The position numbers were made by a program, and so were the translations under genes. This document shows positions 9,027-19,070 of a stretch of 64,000 nucleotides of DNA, one piece after another. This DNA comes from Candidatus Eiseniibacteriota bacterium (lineage in GTDB: Bacteria; Eisenbacteria; RBG-16-71-46). The notes below the pieces were generated by a model, which made no database searches, was not told the origin of the DNA, and worked only from the letters and a program-made list of their open reading frames with translations. The DNA is taken from NCBI GenBank assembly GCA_963707915.1, contig OY970178.1:192001-256000 (forward strand). Direction: 5' to 3'. The number at the start of each line of letters is the position of its first letter. Position 1 is the stretch's first letter.

Positions 9027-10427
9027 ATGAGCGAGTATCGAACCGAGCAGGACAGCATGGGTGAGATGAAGGTGCCCGCCGCGGCCCTGTACGGGCCGCA
9101 GACGCAGCGCGCGGTGGAGAACTTCCCGGTCTCGGGCGCGCCCATGCCCGCGGAGTTCGTCCACGCCCTGGGGCTGCTCAAGCAGGTCTGCGCGCGGGTG
9201 AACGCAGGGCTCGGGCTGCTCGATCCGGCGGTCGCCGGCGCCATCGAACAGGCCGCCGGCGAGGTGGCGTCCGGGCGGTGGGATGCCGAGTTCCCGGTGG
9301 ACGTCTTCCAGACCGGCAGCGGGACCAGCACCAACATGAACGCCAACGAGGTGATCGCCCGTCGCGCGGGCGAAGTCCTCGGCCGCCGGGTCCACCCCAA
9401 CGACCAGGTCAACCTGGGCCAGAGCAGCAACGACGTGATCCCTGCGGTGCTCCACGTCGCCGCGGTGATGGAGATCGAGCGCCGGCTCGTCCCCGCGCTC
9501 GAGCACCTGCAGGCGACGCTGGCGGAGAAGGCGCGGGCGTGGGACCGGATCATCAAGACGGGGCGCACGCACCTGATGGACGCCACGCCGATCCGGCTGG
9601 GACAGGAGTTCGGCGGCTACGCGTCGCAGGTCGAGCATGGCATCGGGCGGCTGCGGGCCGTGCTCCCCGACCTGCGCGAGCTGGCGCTGGGCGGCACCGC
9701 GGTGGGCACCGGGCTCAACACCCACCCCGAGTTCGCCCGGCGCGTGGCCGCGGAGCTGTCGCGGGTCGCCGGCACGGAATTCCGCGAGGCGGCGAACCAC
9801 TTCGAGGCGCAGGCCGCGCAGGACGCCGCGACCTGGGCGAGCGGGGCCCTGAACACGGTGGCCGCGAGCCTGATGAAGATCGCCAACGACCTCCGCCTGA
9901 TGAACTCGGGCCCGCGCTGCGGACTGGCCGAGATCGCGCTGCCCGCGGTGCAACCCGGCTCGAGCATCATGCCGGGCAAGGTGAACCCGGTCATCTGCGA
10001 ATCCGTGATCCAGGTCGGGGCGCAGGTCATGGGGAATCACGTCGCGGTCACGGTCGGTGCGCAGTGGGGGCAACTCGACCTCAACACCATGCTGCCGCTC
10101 ATCGTCCGCAACCTGCTCGAGAGCATCCGGCTGCTGGCGAACGTGGCACGCCTGTTCGCCGACAAGGCCATCGCCGGCACGACGGCGAACGAGGAGACCT
10201 GCCGGGGCTATGTCGAGATCTCGCCCGGCATGGCCACGGCGCTGAACCCGCTGATCGGCTACGACCGCGCGGCCGAGATCGCCAAGCGCGCCTTCGCCGA
10301 GCGGCGACCGGTGCGGGAACTGGCCGCGGAGATGACCGAGCTCACGCCCGGCCAGATCGAACAAGCCCTCGACCCGCGCCGCCAGACCGAGCCCGGGCTG
10401 GGGCCGGGCGGGGGCGCGAGCGGATGA
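9027..10427 (+). CDS. fumC: Class II fumarate hydratase
   Basis: YR.EQDSMG, QTGSGTSTNMN and GSSIMPGKVNP signatures. Confidence 0.92.
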   Translation: MSEYRTEQDSMGEMKVPAAALYGPQTQRAVENFPVSGAPMPAEFVHALGLLKQVCARVNAGLGLLDPAVAGAIEQAAGEVASGRWDAEFPVDVFQTGSGTSTNMNANEVIARRAGEVLGRRVHPNDQVNLGQSSNDVIPAVLHVAAVMEIERRLVPALEHLQATLAEKARAWDRIIKTGRTHLMDATPIRLGQEFGGYASQVEHGIGRLRAVLPDLRELALGGTAVGTGLNTHPEFARRVAAELSRVAGTEFREAANHFEAQAAQDAATWASGALNTVAASLMKIANDLRLMNSGPRCGLAEIALPAVQPGSSIMPGKVNPVICESVIQVGAQVMGNHVAVTVGAQWGQLDLNTMLPLIVRNLLESIRLLANVARLFADKAIAGTTANEETCRGYVEISPGMATALNPLIGYDRAAEIAKRAFAERRPVRELAAEMTELTPGQIEQALDPRRQTEPGLGPGGGASG

Positions 10428-10494
10428 CGCCGCGCGCGGGCGAGGACCACGCCGGGGCGCCGGTCGCGCCGGGGCCCGTGCGCGCGGTGGGCGG

Positions 10495-11508
10495 ATGAGC
10501 GCGCCCGCGGCGGTCCCGCCGTACGACCCGGCCGCGTTGCCCGCGCGCGAGGCGATGGCGGCGCGGCTCGATGACGCCGTCCCGCGCGTGAGCGCGGTCG
10601 CCCACCGCACGCCGGTCGCCACCTCGCGGACCCTGGACGCGCGCACCGGCGCGAGCGTCTACCTCAAGTGCGAGAACCTGCAGCGGATGGGGGCGTTCAA
10701 GTTCCGGGGCGCCTACAACACCATCTCGCGGCTGTCGCCCGACGCGCTGAAGCGCGGCGTGATCGCCTACTCGTCCGGCAACCACGCCCAGGCCGTCGCC
10801 CTGGTCGCGCGCACGCTCGAGGCGCCGGCGGTGATCGTGATGCCGAGCCACGCGCCGCGGCCGAAGCTCGAGGCGACGCGCGGCTACGGCGCCGAGGTCG
10901 TCTTCTACGACGTGCTGGGCGAGCCGCGCGAGGCGCTGGCGGCGCGGCTCGCGGCCGAGCGCGGGCTCACGCTGGTGCCGCCCTTCGACCACCCGGACAT
11001 CATCGCCGGGGCGGGCACGGCCGCCGCGGAGTTGTTCGAGGACGCCGGGCCGATGGACGTGCTGCTGGTGCCGGTGGGGGGCGGCGGCCTCATCTCGGGC
11101 TCGGCGCTGGCGGCCGACCTGCGCTGTGGCGGGCGCTGCCGCGTGGTCGGCGTGGAACCCGCGGCGGGCGACGACGCCGGCCGCTCGTTCCGCGAGGGCC
11201 GCATCGTGACCATCGCGCCGCCGGTCACCATCGCCGACGGCGCGCGCACGCCCTGCGTCGGGCCGCTCACCCTCGAGATGATGCGGCGCCACGTCGGCGA
11301 GATGACCACCGTGCCGGACGCGGCGCTGATCGAGGCCATGCGGTTCGTCTGGGAGCGCATGAAGCTGGTGGTCGAGCCGACCGGGGTGCTGGGCCTGGCC
11401 GCGCTGCTCACCGGCCAGGTGCGCGCCGAGGGCAAGCGCGTGGGCGTCATCCTCTCGGGCGGCAACGTCGACCTGGCGCGCGCGGGGGAGTGGTTCGGGA
11501 GCGCGTGA
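10495..11508 (+). CDS. PLP-dependent serine/threonine dehydratase (threo-3-hydroxyaspartate ammonia-lyase-like)
   Basis: KCENLQ.MGAFKFRGA, SSGNHAQA, VGGGGL and SGGN motifs. Confidence 0.88.
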   Translation: MSAPAAVPPYDPAALPAREAMAARLDDAVPRVSAVAHRTPVATSRTLDARTGASVYLKCENLQRMGAFKFRGAYNTISRLSPDALKRGVIAYSSGNHAQAVALVARTLEAPAVIVMPSHAPRPKLEATRGYGAEVVFYDVLGEPREALAARLAAERGLTLVPPFDHPDIIAGAGTAAAELFEDAGPMDVLLVPVGGGGLISGSALAADLRCGGRCRVVGVEPAAGDDAGRSFREGRIVTIAPPVTIADGARTPCVGPLTLEMMRRHVGEMTTVPDAALIEAMRFVWERMKLVVEPTGVLGLAALLTGQVRAEGKRVGVILSGGNVDLARAGEWFGSA

Positions 11509-11577
11509 CGGGGGCGCCGCGCCGGCAGTCGTCGCCGGTGGGGAGGCGCGGCCTGGACGCACGGCGCGGGAACACGA

Positions 11578-11610
11578 ACCCCCGCCGGACGGGGACCGTC
11601 CAACGGGGGT
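11578..11610. terminator. Stem-loop between convergent genes
   Basis: ACCCCCG..GGACGG/CCGTCC..CGGGGGT inverted repeat. Confidence 0.45.
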
Positions 11611-11641
11611 CGTCACCTTCGCGGGCGGAGGAGTTCGACCG

Positions 11642-12832
11642 CTACTTCATCCCCGCCTTGGCGAGCGCCTCGCGCAGCACGCTCTCCTCGCGCACGCCGG
11701 TGAAGTACGAGCTGATCCTGCCGTCCCGGCCGATCACCACCAGCGTGGGGATGCCGTCGGCCTGGTACTTGCGCCCGACGTCACCGTTCACGTCGAGCAG
11801 GATGGGGATGGAGTAGGGGTTCTTGGCGAGGAAGCCCTTCACGGTCGCGGGATCCTCGGCGTAGTCGACGCCGAACACCACCAGCCCCTTGGCCCTGAAC
11901 TCCCGGTAGAGCTTCTCCACGCGTGGCATCTCGATGCGGCACGGGGCGCACCAGGTGGCCCAGAAGTCGAGGAGCACGACCTTGCCCTTGTAGGCTGCGA
12001 GCGAGACCGTGCTGCCCTTGACCCCCTTGAGCGTGAACGGCGGCGCGGGCTTGCCGACCAGCGGCGACACCGTCTCGGGGGTGGCCGGGGGGCCGAACTG
12101 CTGCACCAGCTTCGCGTCCGCCGGGGGCGAGAAGGCGAAGAGCGCGTCGGGCAGCGGCTCGTTCACGCTGGCCAGCGAATAGCCCGTCACCTGGTCCATC
12201 TGCATCGGGGCGCCGGTCGAGGAGTTGCGCATGTGGATGCTGATGCTGTCGCGTAGCACCAGCTTCCGTGCCTTGTCCACCCAGTAGGTGGCCGTGGCGC
12301 CCGCCGAGGTGTCCGCGGCGAGCGCCTGGAACGGCGTCATGTCGGCGCGCACCACCCAGCAGTCGGCCGTGACGCCGCCGACGGTGACCGGCTGCTCCCC
12401 GGTGAGGCTGGCGGCCCGCAGGTCCTGGAGCGGGTCGAAGTAGCGCGCGAGCGGCGAGTTCTGCGGCGGTTTCGGCATCCCCGCGCTGTCCGACACGGCC
12501 TCCGCCGGTTTCTGCGTGTACTGGTTGAACGAGGCGACGTACATCGAGGTCTGGCGTCCGTCCGAGACCAGCGCGCCGCCCATCTGGGGGTGGCGCATCT
12601 CCAGGCGCGCGCGCCCCGCGCGATCGGCCGCCGCGACCACGGGGACGTCGAAGGCCTGGCCCGCCCCGCCGCTCACCCGGATGTTCATCGAGCCCTCGAA
12701 GTGATAGCTGGTGAGCGCGCGATAGGTGGCGCTCACCTGCCCGAGGAGCGTGCGCCCGTCGGGCGCCGGCTCGGCCCGCACCGGACCGGCGAGGGAGAGG
12801 GCGAGCAGCGCGACCAGGATGGGCTTGAGCAT
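11642..12832 (-). CDS. Secreted LolA-like domain + TlpA/redoxin domain protein
   Basis: Signal peptide MLKPILVALLAL; C-terminal DFWATWCAPC thioredoxin motif. Confidence 0.82.
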   Translation of the reverse strand: MLKPILVALLALSLAGPVRAEPAPDGRTLLGQVSATYRALTSYHFEGSMNIRVSGGAGQAFDVPVVAAADRAGRARLEMRHPQMGGALVSDGRQTSMYVASFNQYTQKPAEAVSDSAGMPKPPQNSPLARYFDPLQDLRAASLTGEQPVTVGGVTADCWVVRADMTPFQALAADTSAGATATYWVDKARKLVLRDSISIHMRNSSTGAPMQMDQVTGYSLASVNEPLPDALFAFSPPADAKLVQQFGPPATPETVSPLVGKPAPPFTLKGVKGSTVSLAAYKGKVVLLDFWATWCAPCRIEMPRVEKLYREFRAKGLVVFGVDYAEDPATVKGFLAKNPYSIPILLDVNGDVGRKYQADGIPTLVVIGRDGRISSYFTGVREESVLREALAKAGMK

Positions 12833-13002
12833 GGCGGGATTCCTCTGGGCTGGGTTCGGGTCGGTACTCGGGAGTGGCCGATGAGGATACCCCGCGGGAA
12901 CGGGGCGCGTCCACGCCGCGGTCGGCGTTCTGCGGGGACGGACGCGGGGCGCGGCAGCGTCACCGTGCCCCGCGGCGCGCCCGCAGCGCCCGGGAGGGCG
13001 GC

Positions 13003-14643
13003 TCAGGCGCCCGCGAGCCGGGCGAGCGCGGCCGTGACGTCGCCCGCGAAGTGCAGCCGGACCACCCTCCGGTCGCGCCGGGCCAGCACCTCGTAGTCGC
13101 CGGCGGCCTGCGCGCGGCGCAGCATCCCGAAGCTGTACGGTTCGCCGGGGATCGGGACGTCGGGCCCCTCGTCCGCGGTGACCTGCAGGAAGAGGCCGCG
13201 GGCGGACCCGCCCTTGTGAAGCTGGCCGGTCGAGTGCAGGAAGCGCGGGCCGATGCCGAGCGTGGTGGCGAGCCCGGCGGGCCCGCCACCGGCCGCGCGC
13301 ACGCGCTGGAGCGCCCGCTCCACCGCCGGCGTGGCGTGCAGGTAGGCGAGCAGGGCGAGGTAGTCGCCCGGGCGGGCGAGCGAGCGCAGCGCCGCGAGCG
13401 CGGCGCGCGGATCGGCGGCGCCCGCCGCGCGCAGCGCCGGCTCCGCCGGGCCGGCGGCGTACAGGCTCCAGCCGTCGCCGGTCGCCAGCGCCGCCTCCGC
13501 GGGGAAGCGGCCCTCGGCGAGCGCGCGGTCGAGCACCGCCTGCGTCGCCTGCTTGGCCTCGGACACGTTGGGCTCGTCGAAAGGGTCCACGCCGAGCACG
13601 GCGGCCGCGGCCGCGGTCGCGATCTCCCAGCGCAGGAACGCCGCGCCCAGGTCGCGCGGCGACTCGAGGTCGACCAGCCAGGCGGGGCCGGCACGATGGG
13701 CGATCGACCGGCCGAGCGCGGGAGCGAGGTCGGGCGTCGCGGCGAAGGCCCGGTCCGTGCCGGCGAGCGCCGCGGGCCCGATCGCCTCGCCGTCCACCGG
13801 CACGACGCCGAGACCGTCCTTGCCGGTGCTCTCGGCGACGAGTTGCTCGACCCACGCGCCGAAGGGCGCCCAGTGCGGGCCGAAGGCGAGCGTGAGCTTG
13901 TCCTGGCCGGCGCGCGCGGCCTCGCCCACGGCGACGCCGAAGGTCACTCCCGCGCCCCCGGCGGGGTCGCGGCGGGCCTCGTCCAGCTCGCGCGCCGCGC
14001 TCTCGAGTAGCGCGGCGGGGCTCGCGCCGATGAGCGCCGCGGGCAGCAGGCCGAACAGCGAGAGCGCGGAGTAGCGTCCGCCCACGTCGGGCGGGTTGAG
14101 GAACACGCGGCGGTAGCCGCGCGCCGCGGCGCGCCCGGCGAGCGGGCTCCCGGGGTCGGTGATGGCGACGAAGGCGCTGCCCGCCGCGGCGCCGCGCGCC
14201 GCGCGCGTCCATTCGAAGAAGTACTTCTCGAAGGAGGCGACCTCGATGGTGCCGCCCGACTTCGAGGAGACCAGGAACAGCGTGCGGCGCGGGTCGTGCG
14301 CGTCCGCGACGGCGCGCACCGCGGCCGGCGAGGTGTTGTCGAGCACGGTCAGCTCGAGGAACCCCGGCGCGACGCCGAGCATCCGCCGCAGGACCTCGGG
14401 GGCGAGGCTCGAGCCGCCCATGCCGAGCAGCACGGCGTGGGTGAAGCCCTCGGAGCGGACCCCGGCCACGAAGGCCTCGAGCCCTGCCACCTCACCGCGC
14501 ATGCCTCCGGGCAGGTCGAGCCAGCCGAGGCGGTTCGCCGCGACCTTGCGGTGCGCCGGGTCGGTGCTCCAGAGCGTCGCGTCCTTGCGCCAGAGCCGGG
14601 TGGCGAAGTCCGCGCGCCGCGCGCCGTCCCAGGCGGCGCTCAC
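13003..14643 (-). CDS. pgi: Glucose-6-phosphate isomerase (type found in Tal-Pgi fusions)
   Basis: GMGGSSL, SSKSGGT, GGRYS, QLVAESTGK and HSTGQLHKGG motifs; GTG start overlaps the tal stop. Confidence 0.85.
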   Translation of the reverse strand: MSAAWDGARRADFATRLWRKDATLWSTDPAHRKVAANRLGWLDLPGGMRGEVAGLEAFVAGVRSEGFTHAVLLGMGGSSLAPEVLRRMLGVAPGFLELTVLDNTSPAAVRAVADAHDPRRTLFLVSSKSGGTIEVASFEKYFFEWTRAARGAAAGSAFVAITDPGSPLAGRAAARGYRRVFLNPPDVGGRYSALSLFGLLPAALIGASPAALLESAARELDEARRDPAGGAGVTFGVAVGEAARAGQDKLTLAFGPHWAPFGAWVEQLVAESTGKDGLGVVPVDGEAIGPAALAGTDRAFAATPDLAPALGRSIAHRAGPAWLVDLESPRDLGAAFLRWEIATAAAAAVLGVDPFDEPNVSEAKQATQAVLDRALAEGRFPAEAALATGDGWSLYAAGPAEPALRAAGAADPRAALAALRSLARPGDYLALLAYLHATPAVERALQRVRAAGGGPAGLATTLGIGPRFLHSTGQLHKGGSARGLFLQVTADEGPDVPIPGEPYSFGMLRRAQAAGDYEVLARRDRRVVRLHFAGDVTAALARLAGA

Positions 14644-15779
14644 GACTGGACCGCCATCCGCGCGCGCTTCTCCTCGAGCGTGGCCAGCAGCGAATCGAAG
14701 GACTTCGCGAACGCCGTCACGCCCTCCTCCTCGAGCTGGCCGATGAGCTCCCCGACCGGCACGCCCAGCTCGGGCAGGCGCCGGAACAGCGCCGCCGCCT
14801 CGTCCGCGCCGCGCAGCAGCCGCGGGTCGAGCACGCCGTGGTCGTTGTAGGCCGCGAGCGTCGCGGGCGGGATGGTGTTCACCGTGTCGGGGCCGATCAG
14901 CTCGTCGACGTAGAGCGTGTCGGAGTAGGCCGGGTTCTTGGTGCTGGTCGAGGCCCAGAGCGGGCGCTGCAGCCGGGCGCCGCGCGCGGCGAGCGCGTGG
15001 AAACGCGGCGTGTCGAAGACCTCGCGGAAGCGGGCGTAGGCCAGCTTGGCGTTGGCGACCGCGGCCTGGCCGCGCAGGTCGGCGAGCTCGACGTGCTCGA
15101 CCGAGTCGGCGGGCAGGGTGGCGAGGCGCCGTTCGATCGCGGCATCCACCTTGCCGTCGACGCGCGAGACGAAGAACGAGGCCACCGAGACCACCGGGGC
15201 AAGCGGCTCGCCCCGGGCGGCGCGGGCCTCGAGCCCGGAGAGGTAGGCCTCCATCACCTGCTCGTGGCGCGCCAGCGAGAAGATGAGCGTGACGTTCACG
15301 CAGGTCCCCTCCGCGATCAGCGTGCGGATCGCGGGCAGGCCCTCGGCGGTGGCGGGTACCTTGATCATCACGTTGGCGCGGTCCACCGCGGCCCGGAGCC
15401 GGCGCGCCTCCTCGACCGTGCCGGTGGCGTCGTGCGCCAGGCGCGGGCTCACCTCGATGCTCACGCGGCCGTCGCGCCCGCCGGTCCGCTCGAAGACCGG
15501 CAGCAGCGCGTCGCACGCCGCCTGCACGTCCGCGATGGCCAGCGACTCGTAGAGCGGCACCCCCGAGAGCCGGCGGGCGAGGCCGGCGCGGATGGCGTCG
15601 TCGTAGTCGCCGCCCTGCCCGATGGCCTGCTGGAAGATGGTCGGGTTCGAGGTCACGCCGACGACGCCCTGGTCGCGGACCTGCGCGGCGAAGACGCCGG
15701 ACCGGAGCTCGCGGCGGTGGATGTAGTCGAGCCAGACGCTCTGGCCGAGGTCGAGCAGTTGCTGGGCGCGGCAGGGCAT
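14640..15779 (-). CDS. tal: Transaldolase
   Basis: GQSVWLD, GVTSNPTIF, MIKVPAT, SFFVSR and WASTSTKNP motifs. Confidence 0.93.
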   Translation of the reverse strand: MPCRAQQLLDLGQSVWLDYIHRRELRSGVFAAQVRDQGVVGVTSNPTIFQQAIGQGGDYDDAIRAGLARRLSGVPLYESLAIADVQAACDALLPVFERTGGRDGRVSIEVSPRLAHDATGTVEEARRLRAAVDRANVMIKVPATAEGLPAIRTLIAEGTCVNVTLIFSLARHEQVMEAYLSGLEARAARGEPLAPVVSVASFFVSRVDGKVDAAIERRLATLPADSVEHVELADLRGQAAVANAKLAYARFREVFDTPRFHALAARGARLQRPLWASTSTKNPAYSDTLYVDELIGPDTVNTIPPATLAAYNDHGVLDPRLLRGADEAAALFRRLPELGVPVGELIGQLEEEGVTAFAKSFDSLLATLEEKRARMAVQS

Positions 15780-16085
15780 GGGATCTCCTGTGGACTCGGG
15801 CCGGGGCCGATGCACGGGTTCCCGAGGCGCGGCTCCGGCCGCCGGCCTCGCGGCGCGGCACCCGGGTGGATGTCGATGCATCAAACGTCACGGATTCACG
15901 GCCAAGATGCGCCCGGGCGGGGGCCGGACGCAAGGTGGCGGACGGCCCGTGGCGGTCCGCGGGCCATTGCCGTTTGATGCAGCGGCCGCTACCATGCGCG
16001 CGTCACGCCGAGTCAAGGCCGCCCACACCAGCCTTCCGCCGCCAGGTCCCTGGCCGGGCGGGAGCATCACCATAGGACGGACGAC

Positions 16086-17885
16086 ATGGCAGCCAATCGC
16101 AAGCTCGAGGCCTGGGTCCAGGAAGTCGCCGCGATGTGCCAGCCGGAGAAGGTGATCTGGTGCGACGGATCGCCGGCGGAATACCAGACCATGCTGCGCC
16201 TCATGGTGCAGGCGGGCACCGCCCAGTGGCTCGATCCCGGCAAGCGGCCCAACAGCATCTATGTGCGCTCCGACCCGGCCGACGTGGCGCGGGTCGAGGA
16301 ATTCACGTTCATCTGCTCCAGGAGCAAGGACGACGCGGGCCCGACCAACAACTGGCGTGACCCCGACGAGATCAAGCGCACCCTGACCGGGCTGTTCACC
16401 GGCTGCATGGCGGGCCGCACGCTCTTCGTGATCCCCTACAGCATGGGTCCGATCGGCTCGCCGATCGCCAAGATCGGCGTGGAGCTCACCGACTCGCCCT
16501 ACGTGGTCGCCAACATGCACACCATGGCCCGGGTCGGCACCCGGGTGCTCGAGGCGCTGGGCGCAGAGGGCGAGTTCGTGCGCGGGCTGCACTCGGTCGG
16601 CGCGCCGATCGCCTCGCCCACCGCGGCGGACGCGCCCTGGCCGTGCAACGCGCAGAACAAGTACATCTGCCACTTCCCCGAGACCCGCGAGATCTGGTCG
16701 TTCGGCTCGGGCTACGGCGGCAACGCCCTGCTCGGCAAGAAGTGCCACGCCCTGCGCATCGCCTCGGTGCAGGCCCGCGACGAGGGCTGGCTGGCGGAGC
16801 ACATGCTGATCCTCAAGCTCACCGACCCGGCGGGGAAGAGCCTCTACGTCGGGGCCGCGTTCCCCTCGGCCTGCGGCAAGACCAACCTGGCGATGCTGGA
16901 GCCGACGGTCAAGGGCTGGAAGGTCGAGACCATCGGTGACGACATCGCGTGGATGAAGTTCGGCGCCGACGGGCGGCTCTACGCCATCAACCCCGAGGCC
17001 GGCTTCTTCGGCGTCGCGCCGGGCACCAGCATGCAGAGCAACCCGAATGCCCTGCGCACGCTCAGCAAGAACGCCATCTTCACCAACTGCGCCATCACGC
17101 CCGAGGGCGACATCTGGTGGGAGGGGATGGGCGGCGAGACCCCGCCGAACCTGGTGGACTGGCTGCGGCGCCCCTGGACGCCGAAGAGCGACCGCAAGGC
17201 GGCGCACCCGAACTCGCGCTTCACCGTGCCGGCGCGACAGTGCCCGGTGATCGCTCCCGAGTGGGAGGATCCCAAGGGCGTGCCGATCTCGGCGTTCCTC
17301 TTTGGCGGCCGGCGCGCGACCACGGCACCGCTGGTGAACGAGGCGTTCAACTGGCAGCACGGCACGTTCCTCGGCTCGATCATGAGCAGCGAGACCACCG
17401 CCGCGGCGGCCGGTGCCCAGGGCCAGTTGCGCTTCGACCCGTTCGCCATGCTGCCGTTCTGCGGCTACCACATGGGGGACTACTTCGCGCACTGGCTCAA
17501 GGTCGGCGGGGCGAGCACGGCCGACAAGCTGCCGCGCATCTACTACGTGAACTGGTTCCGCCGCGGCGCCGACGGCGGCTTCCTGTGGCCGGGCTACGGC
17601 GAGAACAGCCGCGTGCTCAAGTGGATCTTCGAGCGCGTGACGGGGACGGCGCAGGCGGTGGATACGCCCATCGGCCGTCTGCCCGCGCCGGGCGCGCTCG
17701 ACCTCGCGGGCCTGGACGTGCCGAAGGCGGCGCAGGACGAACTGCTGCGCGTGGATGCCGGGCGCTGGCTGGCGGACCTGCCCTTGATCCGGGCGCACTA
17801 CGAGAAGTTCGGCAGCCGGCTGCCGGCGGTGCTGAAGCAGGAACTGGACGCGCTCGAGGCGAGGCTCAAGGGCGCGGCGAAGTAG
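16086..17885 (+). CDS. pckG: Phosphoenolpyruvate carboxykinase (GTP)
   Basis: [25 protein letters not shown] and GDDIAWM motifs. Confidence 0.95.
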   Translation: MAANRKLEAWVQEVAAMCQPEKVIWCDGSPAEYQTMLRLMVQAGTAQWLDPGKRPNSIYVRSDPADVARVEEFTFICSRSKDDAGPTNNWRDPDEIKRTLTGLFTGCMAGRTLFVIPYSMGPIGSPIAKIGVELTDSPYVVANMHTMARVGTRVLEALGAEGEFVRGLHSVGAPIASPTAADAPWPCNAQNKYICHFPETREIWSFGSGYGGNALLGKKCHALRIASVQARDEGWLAEHMLILKLTDPAGKSLYVGAAFPSACGKTNLAMLEPTVKGWKVETIGDDIAWMKFGADGRLYAINPEAGFFGVAPGTSMQSNPNALRTLSKNAIFTNCAITPEGDIWWEGMGGETPPNLVDWLRRPWTPKSDRKAAHPNSRFTVPARQCPVIAPEWEDPKGVPISAFLFGGRRATTAPLVNEAFNWQHGTFLGSIMSSETTAAAAGAQGQLRFDPFAMLPFCGYHMGDYFAHWLKVGGASTADKLPRIYYVNWFRRGADGGFLWPGYGENSRVLKWIFERVTGTAQAVDTPIGRLPAPGALDLAGLDVPKAAQDELLRVDAGRWLADLPLIRAHYEKFGSRLPAVLKQELDALEARLKGAAK

Positions 17886-17966
17886 GCGAAGGGCCGCGCC
17901 CGACGCGCGGCCCGCAGGAGATCGAGACGCGACGCCCGGGGCGCATGGCCGCGGGCGTCGCGCCGT

Positions 17967-18944
17967 TCAGGGCTCCGCCAGCGCCAGCCGGGCCGCGCCC
18001 CAGAGGGCCGCGCGGTCGTCGCGCAGGACCGTGACCGGGATGCGCGCCAGCACCGGGCCGAGGCGGCCCTTGTCGCGGAAGGCCTCGAGGAAGCCGTTGC
18101 CGCGCAGCAGCGGGAGGATGCGCGGGGCGATCCCGCCACCGAGGAAGACCCCGTTCACGGCGAGCGCCTTGAGGGCGAGGTTGCCGGCCTCGGCGCCGTA
18201 GATCGAGACGAAGCGCTCGAGCGCCAGCCGCGCGCGCGCGCAGGAGCCGTCGAGCGCGGCCGCGCTCACCACCGCGGCCGGGTCCGCGGCGCTCTCGAAG
18301 GCGGCGGCGACGTCGGCCGACGCCGCTCCGCGCCCGGTCGCGGCGAGGAAGCGGTAGAGGTCCGCGAGGCCCTGCCCCGAGAGGATGCGCTCGTAGCTCA
18401 CGCGCCCGTGGCGCGCGCGGAGCCAGAGCAGCAACTCGTCCTCGAGCGCGTCGCGCGGAGCGAAATCGGTGTGCCCGCCCTCGGAGGCGCACGGCCGCCA
18501 GGTCGTCCCGTCCCAGGTGAGCAGCGCCTCGCCCAGTCCCGTGCCGGCCGCGATCAGGGCGCGGTTGCCGGTCCGGGGCGCGCCGGCGTGCAGCGTCTCG
18601 ATCTCGCCCGCCTCCAGCAGCGGCAGGCTCCAGGCGGTCGCCTCGAGGTCGTTGACGAGCAGCACCGGGGCGCCGCCGAGCGCGGCGCCGAGCGCCGCGG
18701 CGCCGATCCTCCACGGCAGGTTGGTGGCCACCACCTGCTGTTCCACGACCGGCCCGGCGACGCCGAGGACGGCGCGGCCCGGCCGCGCGGGCGCACCGGC
18801 CAGGAACGCCCGCACCAGGGCCTCGAGCGAGGCGTAGTCGCGGCTGGGCAGGCGGCGCTCGAAGACGGGCGCGCGCACCGCGGCGGCGGGCTCGTAGAGG
18901 GCAAGGTGGGTCTTCGTCCCACCGACGTCACCGGCGAGGATCAC
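17967..18944 (-). CDS. glk: Glucokinase
   Basis: GDVGGT, NDLEA, GTGLG and SEGGH motifs. Confidence 0.92.
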   Translation of the reverse strand: MILAGDVGGTKTHLALYEPAAAVRAPVFERRLPSRDYASLEALVRAFLAGAPARPGRAVLGVAGPVVEQQVVATNLPWRIGAAALGAALGGAPVLLVNDLEATAWSLPLLEAGEIETLHAGAPRTGNRALIAAGTGLGEALLTWDGTTWRPCASEGGHTDFAPRDALEDELLLWLRARHGRVSYERILSGQGLADLYRFLAATGRGAASADVAAAFESAADPAAVVSAAALDGSCARARLALERFVSIYGAEAGNLALKALAVNGVFLGGGIAPRILPLLRGNGFLEAFRDKGRLGPVLARIPVTVLRDDRAALWGAARLALAEP

Positions 18945-19070
18945 CGCGGCATCCTAACCCGTGCGATTCACCGGCCGCCAGCGGGCCGGGACGGTTGACG
19001 CCGCGCGCCGCCGCGGACAATATCGGCCTCGTCACACCGGACCCGTACTGGCCTCACCGGGAGGGACGTC

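Noticed and set aside
14600..14680. Frameshifted Tal-Pgi fusion
   Set aside because: The GTGA 4-nt start/stop overlap is ordinary translational coupling, so two genes are more parsimonious.
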